From Azolla caroliniana (Eukaryota > Plantae > Polypodiophyta): a DNA stretch of 64,000 bases. Below the pieces are notes generated by a model that saw nothing but the letters and a program-made list of their open reading frames with translations, did no database searches and was not told the origin of the DNA. The translations under genes and the position numbers were made by a program. Within the stretch, counting starts at the first letter, position 1. The number at the start of each line of letters is the position of its first letter. The stretch is from the NCBI GenBank assembly GCA_043228905.1, contig JBHGNT010000028.1, positions 1 to 64,000 of the forward strand. Reading direction: 5' to 3'. Shown piece after piece: positions 55,501-64,000 of the stretch.

Positions 55501-58500
55501 CTACCGTTGTTAGCTTCGATTCGCATGTTTGAACACAAAAATCCGATATCACACTCGCCAGTTATGAACATTTTAATTTACCTAGTAGCTCTTCCCAACT
55601 CCCTCCTAATGTTGCTAATTTCGTCATGTCTCTCGACCTGAGTTTCAAAATCTTGATTATTTAATTCCATATCATATCTAGCGTTGTTAGCTTCGATTCG
55701 CATGTTTGAACACAAAAATCCGATATCACACTCGCCAGATATGAACATTTTAATTTACCTACTAGCTCTTCCCAACTCACTCCTCAAATTTGGGAATTTC
55801 GTCATGTCTCTCGACCTGAGTTTCAAAATCTTGATTTTTTAATTCCATATCATAGCTAACGTTGTTAGCTTCGATTCACATGATTGAACACAAAAATCCG
55901 ATATCACACTCGCCACTTATGAACATTTTAATTTACCTACTAGCTCTTCCCAACTCCCTCCTCATGTTGCTAATTTTGTCATGTCTCTCGACCTGAGTTT
56001 CAAAATCTTGATTATTTAATTCCATATCCTAGCTAGCGTTGTTAGCTTCGATTCGCATGTTTGAACACAAAAATCCGATATCCCACTCGCCAGATATGAA
56101 CATTTTAATTTACCTACTAGCTCTTCCCAACTCACTCCTCAAATTTGCTAATTTCCTCATGTCTCTCGACCTGAGTTTCAAAATCTTGATTTTTTAATTC
56201 CATATCATAGCTACCGTTGTTAGCTTCGATTCGCATGTTTGAACACAAAAATCCGATATCACACTCGCCAGTTATGAACATTTTAATTTACCTAGTAGCT
56301 CTTCCCAACTCCCTCCTAATGTTGCTAATTTCGTCATGTCTCTCGACCTGAGTTTCAAAATCTTGATTTTTTAATTCCATATCATATCTAGCGTTGTTAG
56401 CTTCGATTCGCATGTTTGAACACAAAAATCCGATATCACACTCGCCAGATATGAACATTTTAATTTACCTACTAGCTCTTCCCAACTCACTCCTCAAATT
56501 TGGGAATTTCGTCATGTCTCTCGACCTGAGTTTCAAAATCTTGATTTTTTAATTCCATATCATATCTAGCGTTGTTAGCTTCGATTCGCATGTTTGAACA
56601 CAAAAATCCGATATCACACTCGCCAGATATGAACATTTTAATGTACCTACTAGCTCTTCCCAACTCACTCCTCAAATTTGGGAATTTCGTCATGTCTCTC
56701 GACCTGAGTTTCAAAATCTTGATTTTTTAATTCCATATCATAGCTAGCGTTGTTAGCTTCGATTCGCATGTTTGAACACAAAAATCCGATATCCCACTCG
56801 CCAGATATGAACATTTTAATTTACCTACTAGCTCTTCCCAACTCACTCCTCAAATTTGCTAATTTCCTCATGTCTCTCGACCTGAGTTTCAAAATCTTGA
56901 TTTTTTAATTCCATATCATAGCTACCGTTGTTAGCTTCGATTCGCATGTTTGAACACAAAAATCCGATATCACACTCGCCACTTATGAACATTTTAATTT
57001 ACCTACTAGCTCTTCCCAACTCCCTCCTCATGTTGCTAATTTTGTCATGTCTCTCGACCTGAGTTTCAAAATCTTGATTATTTAATTCCATATCCTAGCT
57101 AGCGTTGTTAGCTTCGATTCGCATGTTTGAACACAAAAATCCGATATCCCACTCGCCAGATATGAACATTTTAATTTACCTACTAGCTCTTCCCAACTCA
57201 CTCCTCAAATTTGCTAATTTCGTCATGTCTCTCGACCTGAGTTTCAAAATCTTGATTTTTTAATTCCATATCATAGCTACCGTTGTTAGCTTCGATTCGC
57301 ATGTTTGAACACAAAAATCCGATATCACACTCGCCAGTTATGAACATTTTAATTTACCTAGTAGCTCTTCCCAACTCCCTCCTAATGTTGCTAATTTCGT
57401 CATGTCTCTCGACCTGACTTTCAAAATCTTGATTTTTTAATTCCATATCATATCTAGCGTTGTTAGCTTCGATTCGCATGTTTGAACACAAAAATCCGAT
57501 ATCACACTCGCCAGATATGAACATTTTAATTTACCTACTAGCTCTTCCCAACTCACTCCTCAAATTTGGGAATTTCGTCATGTCTCTCGACCTGAGTTTC
57601 AAAATCTTGATTTTTTAATTCCATATCATAGCTAGCGTTGTTAGCTTCGATTCCCATGTTTGAACACAAAAATCCGATATCCCACTCGCCAGATATGAAC
57701 ATTTTAATTTACCTACTAGCTCTTCCCAACTCACTCCTCAAATTTGGGAATTTCGTCATGTCTCTCGACCTGAGTTTCAAAATCTTGATTTTTTAATTCC
57801 ATATCATAGCTAACGTTGTTAGCTTCGATTCACATGATTGAACACAAAAATCCGATATCACACTCGCCAGTTATGAACATTTTAATTTACCTACTAGCTC
57901 TTCCCAACTCCCTCCTCATGTTGCTAATTTTGTCATGTCTCTCGACCTGAGTTTCAAAATCTTGATTATTTAATTCCATATCATATCTAGCGTTGTTAGC
58001 TTCGATTCGCATGTTTGAACACAAAAATCCGATATCACACTCGCCAGTTATGAACATTTTAATTTACCTACTAGCTCTTCCCAACTCACTCCTCAAATTT
58101 GCTAATTTCCTCATGTCTCTCGACCTGAGTTTCAAAATCTTGATTTTTTAATTCCATATCATAGCTACCGTTGTTAGCTTCGATTCGCATGTTTGAACAC
58201 AAAAATCCGATATCACACTCGCCAGTTATGAACATTTTAATTTACCTAGTAGCTCTTCCCAACTCCCTCCTAATGTTGCTAATTTCGTCATGTCTGTCGA
58301 CCTGAGTTTCAAAATCTTGATTTTTTAATTCCATATCATATCTAGCGTTGTTAGCTTCGATTCACATGTTTGAACACAAAAATCCGATATCACACTCGCC
58401 AGATATGAACATTTTAATTTACCTACTAGCTCTTCCCAACTCACTCCTCAAATTTGGGAATTTCGTCATGTCTCTCGACCTGAGTTTCAAAATCTTGATT

Positions 58501-61500
58501 TTTTAATTCCATATCATAGCTAGCGTTGTTAGCTTCGATTCGCATGTTTGAACACAAAAATCCGATATCCCACTCGCCAGATATGAACATTTTAATTTAC
58601 CTACTAGCTCTTCCCAACTCACTCCTCAAATTTGGGAATTTCGTCATGTCTCTCGACCTGAGTTTCAAAATCTTGATTTTTTAATTCCATATCATAGCTA
58701 ACGTTGTTAGCTTCGATTCACATGATTGAACACAAAAATCCGATATCACACTCGCCAGTTATGAACATTTTAATTTACCTACTAGCTCTTCCCAACTCCC
58801 TCCTCATGTTGCTAATTTTGTCATGTCTCTCGACCTGAGTTTCAAAATCTTGATTTTTTAATTCCATATCATAGCTAACGTTGTTAGCTTCGATTCACAT
58901 GATTGAACACAAAAATCCGATATCACACTCGCCAGTTATGAACATTTTAATTTACCTACTAGCTCTTCCCAACTCCCTCCTCATGTTGCTAATTTTGTCA
59001 TGTCTCTCGACCTGAGTTTCAAAATCTTGATTTTTTAATTCCATATCATAGCTACCGTTGTTAGCTTCGATTCGCATGTTTGAACACAAAAATCCGATAT
59101 CACACTCGCCAGTTATGAACATTTTAATTTACCTAGTAGCTCTTCCCAACTCCCTCCTAATGTTGCTAATTTCGTCATGTCTCTCGACCTGAGTTTCAAA
59201 ATCTTGATTTTTTAATTCCATATCATATCTAGCGTTGTTAGCTTCGATTCGCATGTTTGAACACAAAAATCCGATATCACACTCGCCAGATATGAACATT
59301 TTAATTTACCTACTAGCTCTTCCCAACTCCCTCCTCATGTTGCTAATTTTGTCATGTCTCTCGACCTGAGTTTCAAAATCTTGATTATTTAATTCCATAT
59401 CCTAGCTAGCGTTGTTAGCTTCGATTCGCATGTTTGAACACAAAAATCCGATATCCCACTCGCCAGATATGAACATTTTAATTTACCTACTAGCTCTTCC
59501 CAACTCACTCCTCAAATTTGCTAATTTCCTCATGTCTCTCGACCTGAGTTTCAAAATCTTGATTTTTTAATTCCATATCATAGCTACCGTTGTTAGCTTC
59601 GATTCGCATGTTTGAACACAAAAATCCGATATCACACTCGCCAGTTATGAACATTTTAATTTACCTAGTAGCTCTTCCCAACTCCCTCCTAATGTTGCTA
59701 ATTTCGTCATGTCTCTCGACCTGAGTTTCAAAATCTTGATTATTTAATTCCATATCCTAGCTAGCGTTGTTAGCTTCGATTCGCATGTTTGAACACAAAA
59801 ATCCGATATCCCACTCGCCAGATATGAACATTTTAATTTACCTACTAGCTCTTCCCAACTCACTCCTCAAATTTGCTAATTTCGTCATGTCTCTCGACCT
59901 GAGTTTCAAAATCTTGATTTTTTAATTCCATATCATAGCTACCGTTGTTAGCTTCGATTCGCATGTTTGAACACAAAAATCCGATATCACACTCGCCAGT
60001 TATGAACATTTTAATTTACCTAGTAGCTCTTCCCAACTCCCTCCTAATGTTGCTAATTTCGTCATGTCTCTCGACCTGACTTTCAAAATCTTGATTTTTT
60101 AATTCCATATCATATCTAGCGTTGTTAGCTTCGATTCGCATGTTTGAACACAAAAATCCGATATCACACTCGCCAGATATGAACATTTTAATTTACCTAC
60201 TAGCTCTTCCTAACTCACTCCTCAAATATGGGAATTTCGTCATGTCTCTCGACCTGAGTTTCAAAATCTTGATTTTTTAATTCCATATCATAGCTAGCGT
60301 TGTTAGCTTCGATTCGCATGTTTGAACACAAAAATCCGATATCCCACTCGCCAGATATGAACATTTTAATTTACCTACTAGCTCTTCCCAACTCACTCCT
60401 CAAATTTGGGAATTTCGTCATGTCTCTCGACCTGAGTTTCAAAATCTTGATTTTTTAATTCCATATCATAGCTAACGTTGTTAGCTTCGATTCACATGAT
60501 TGAACACAAAAATCCGATATCACACTCGCCAGTTATGAACATTTTAATTTACCTACTAGCTCTTCCCAACTCCCTCCTCATGTTGCTAATTTTGTCATGT
60601 CTCTCGACCTGAGTTTCAAAATCTTGATTATTTAATTCCATATCCTAGCTAGCGTTGTTAGCTTCGATTCGCATGTTTGAACACAAAAATCCGATATCCC
60701 ACTCGCCAGATATGAACATTTTAATTTACCTACTAGCTCTTCCCAACTCACTCCTCAAATTTGCTAATTTCCTGATGTCTCTCGACCTGAGTTTCAAAAT
60801 CTTGATTTTTTAATTCCATATCATAGCTACCGTTGTTAGCTTCGATTCGCATGTTTGAACACAAAAATCCGATATCACACTCGCCAGTTATGAACATTTT
60901 AATTTACCTAGTAGCTCTTCCCAACTCCCTCCTCATGTTGCTAATTTTGTCATGTCTCTCGACCTGAGTTTCAAAATCTTGATTTTTTAATTCCATATCA
61001 TAGCTAACGTTGTTAGCTTCGATTCACATGATTGAACACAAAAATCCGATATCACACTCGCCAGTTATGAACATTTTAATTTACCTACTAGCTCTTCCCA
61101 ACTCCCTCCTCATGTTGCTAATTTTGTCATGTCTCTCGACCTGAGTTTCAAAATCTTGATTTTTTAATTCCATATCATAGCTACCGTTGTTAGCTTCGAT
61201 TCGCATGTTTGAACACAAAAATCCGATATCACACTCGCCAGTTATGAACATTTTAATTTACCTAGTAGCTCTTCCCAACTCCCTCCTAATGTTGCTAATT
61301 TCGTCATGTCTCTCGACCTGAGTTTCAAAATCTTGATTTTTTAATTCCATATCATATCTAGCGTTGTTAGCTTCGATTCGCATGTTTGAACACAAAAATC
61401 CGATATCACACTCGCCAGATATGAACATTTTAATTTACCTACTAGCTCTTCCCAACTCCCTTCTCATGTTGCTAATTTTGTCATGTCTCTCGACCTGAGT

Positions 61501-64000
61501 TTCAAAATCTTGATTATTTAATTCCATATCCTAGCTAGCGTTGTTAGCTTCGATTCGCATGTTTGAACACAAAAATCCGATATCCCACTCGCCAGATATG
61601 AACATTTTAATTTACGTACTAGCTCTTCCCAACTCACTCCTCAAATTTGCTAATTTCCTCATGTCTCTCGACCTGAGTTTCAAAATCTTGATTTTTTAAT
61701 TCCATATCATAGCTACCGTTGTTAGCTTCGATTCGCATGTTTGAACACAAAAATCCGATATCACACTCGCCAGTTATGAACATTTTAATTTACCTAGTAG
61801 CTCTTCCCAACTCCCTCCTAATGTTGCTAATTTCGTCATGTCTCTCGACCTGAGTTTCAAAATCTTGATTATTTAATTCCATATCCTAGCTAGCGTTGTT
61901 AGCTTCGATTCGCATGTTTGAACACAAAAATCCGATATCCCACTCGCCAGATATGAACATTTTAATTTACCTACTAGCTCTTCCCAACTCACTCCTCAAA
62001 TTTGCTAATTTCCTGATGTCTCTCGACCTGAGTTTCAAAATCTTGATTTTTTAATTCCATATCATAGCTACCGTTGTTAGCTTCGATTCGCATGTTTGAA
62101 CACAAAAATCCGATATCACACTCGCCAGTTATGAACATTTTAATTTACCTAGTAGCTCTTCCCAACTCCCTCCTAATGTTGCTAATTTCGTCATGTCTCT
62201 CGACCTGAGTTTCAAAATCTTGATTTTTTAATTCCATATCATATCTAGCGTTGTTAGCTTCGATTCGCATGTTTGAACACAAAAATCCGATATCACACTC
62301 GCCAGATATGAACATTTTAATTTACCTACTAGCTCTTCCTAACTCACTCCTCAAATATGGGAATTTCGTCATGTCTCTCGACCTGAGTTTCAAAATCTTG
62401 ATTTTTTAATTCCATATCATAGCTAGCGTTGTTAGCTTCGATTCGCATGTTTGAACACAAAAATCCGATATCCCACTCGCCAGATATGAACATTTTAATT
62501 TACCTACTAGCTCTTCCCAACTCACTCCTCAAATTTGGGAATTTCGTCATGTCTCTCGACCTGAGTTTCAAAATCTTGATTTTTTAATTCCATATCATAG
62601 CTAACGTTGTTAGCTTCGATTCACATGATTGAACACAAAAATCCGATATCACACTCGCCAGTTATGAACATTTTAATTTACCTACTAGCTCTTCCCAACT
62701 CCCTCCTCATGTTGCTAATTTTGTCATGTCTCTCGACCTGAGTTTCAAAATCTTGATTATTTAATTCCATATCCTAGCTAGCGTTGTTAGCTTCGATTCG
62801 CATGTTTGAACACAAGAATCCGATATCCCACTCGCCAGATATGAACATTTTAATTTACCTACTAGCTCTTCCCAACTCACTCCTCAAATTTGGGAATTTC
62901 GTCATGTCTCTCGACCTGAGTTTCAAAATCTTGATTTTTTAATTCCATATCATAGCTAACGTTGTTAGCTTCGATTCACATGATTGAACACAAAAATCCG
63001 ATATCACACTCGCCACTTATGAACATTTTAATTTACCTACTAGCTCTTCCCAACTCCCTCCTCATGTTGCTAATTTTGTCATGTCTCTCGACCTGAGTTT
63101 CAAAATCTTGATTATTTAATTCCATATCCTAGCTAGCGTTGTTAGCTTCGATTCGCATGTTTGAACACAAAAATCCGATATCCCACTCGCCAGATATGAA
63201 CATTTTAATTTACCTACTAGCTCTTCCCAACTCACTCCTCAAATTTGCTAATTTCCTCATGTCTCTCGACCTGAGTTTCAAAATCTTGATTTTTTAATTC
63301 CATATCATAGCTACCGTTGTTAGCTTCGATTCGCATGTTTGAACACAAAAATCCGATATCACACTCGCCAGTTATGAACATTTTAATTTACCTAGTAGCT
63401 CTTCCCAACTCCCTCCTAATGTTGCTAATTTCGTCATGTCTCTCGACCTGAGTTTCAAAATCTTGATTTTTTAATTCCATATCATATCTAGCGTTGTTAG
63501 CTTCGATTCGCATGTTTGAACACAAAAATCCGATATCACACTCGCCAGATATGAACATTTTAATTTACCTACTAGCTCTTCCCAACTCACTCCTCAAATT
63601 TGGGAATTTCGTCATGTCTCTCGACCTGAGTTTCAAAATCTTGATTTTTTAATTCCATATCATAGCTAGCGTTGTTAGCTTCGATTCGCATGTTTGAACA
63701 CAAAAATCCGATATCCCACTCGCCAGATATGAACATTTTAATTTACCTACTAGCTCTTCCCAACTCACTCCTCAAATTTGGGAATTTCGTCATGTCTCTC
63801 GACCTGAGTTTCAAAATCTTGATTTTTTAATTCCATATCATAGCTAACGTTGTTAGCTTCGATTCACATGATTGAACACAAAAATCCGATATCACACTCG
63901 CCACTTATGAACATTTTAATTTACCTACTAGCTCTTCCCAACTCCCTCCTCATGTTGCTAATTTTGTCATGTCTCTCGACCTGAGTTTCAAAATCTTGAT
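49600..64000 (+). repeat. Subfamily A domain with variable 4-mer (710 bp) and 5-mer (888 bp) HOR
   Basis: The marker CGCCACTT occurs at 53608, 54496 (+888), 55206 (+710) and 55916 (+710), and at 63016/63904 (+888). Recurring monomer order: GGGAA, GGGAA+CTAACG+CACATGATT, CATGTTG+GATTATT, CTACCG, TAATGTTG+TATCTAG. Confidence 0.85.

Larger units (their letters stand above)
4373..64000 (+). repeat. Telomere-adjacent satellite array, 177/178-bp monomer, about 335 head-to-tail copies, continuing past the window end
   Basis: Monomer starts (TGAACATTTT) fall at 4373, 4551, 4729, 4906 and onward. Approximate consensus: TGAACATTTTAATTTACCTACTAGCTCTTCCCAACTCACTCCTCAAATTTGCTAATTTCGTCATGTCTCTCGACCTGAGTTTCAAAATCTTGATTTTTTAATTCCATATCATAGCTAGCGTTGTTAGCTTCGATTCGCATGTTTGAACACAAAAATCCGATATCACACTCGCCAGATA (178 bp, 65 G+C). 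The 177-bp class carries CATGTTG/AATGTTG in place of CAAATTTG. No inversion or insertion was seen. Confidence 0.99.

Noticed and set aside
56487-56714. 75-aa minus-strand ORF from the ORF track
   Set aside because: It lies wholly in satellite monomers. It is open only because a private T>G change at 56643 (AATGTAC for AATTTAC) and the TATCTAG variant remove stop codons present in other copies. The peptide repeats itself (RHDEIPKF is the same DNA as RDMTKFPN in another frame) and has no recognisable domain.
4373-64000. CRISPR-like repeat/spacer array or a coded variable-cassette system
   Set aside because: The whole 178-bp unit repeats with only point variants. There are no unique spacers, leader or associated genes, and the context is a eukaryotic telomere. 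Variant patterns are explained by duplication and conversion.
4373-64000. 5S rDNA, tRNA-derived or snRNA tandem gene array
   Set aside because: I see no recognisable 5S or tRNA sequence, no convincing A/B/C boxes, and no gene-plus-spacer organisation in the monomer.
4373-64000. Identity with Arabidopsis CEN178/CEN180, or a species assignment
   Set aside because: Only the length matches; I do not recognise the sequence, and it lacks the HindIII AAGCTT site typical of that family. TTTAGGG telomeres occur in most land plants but also in some algae, oomycetes and apicomplexans, so the host cannot be named from this window.
4373-64000. Interstitial telomeric repeats, transposon insertions or inversions within the satellite
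   Set aside because: Reading through the array I found no CCCTAAA/TTTAGGG units, no foreign segment and no reverse-orientation monomer. A very short insertion could have been missed by eye.

Overview
This window is a eukaryotic chromosome end made entirely of tandem repeats; I find no credible protein-coding or RNA gene. Positions 1-4372 are an Arabidopsis-type telomere, (CCCTAAA)n on this strand and TTTAGGG on the minus strand. It is interrupted at 67-89 by an untrimmed SMART/PacBio amplification adapter (CAGTGGTATCAACGCAGAGTACT), a library artefact. At about 4373 the telomere joins, with no intervening unique DNA, a head-to-tail 177/178-bp satellite of about 335 monomers (about 36% GC) that runs off the window end in one orientation. 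Diagnostic variants show higher-order structure in the array: 4/5-mer HORs, 9-, 11-, 13- and 18-monomer duplications, alternating subfamily domains, long-range block copies, and a diverged ~60-bp patch present 18 times, mostly at 712-bp spacing. The most interesting biology is the abrupt junction between the telomere and a centromere-sized satellite (possible telocentric end or healed break). The sequence does not support a novel gene-encoded system. All coordinates and offsets were counted by eye, and the organism and satellite family were not identified.
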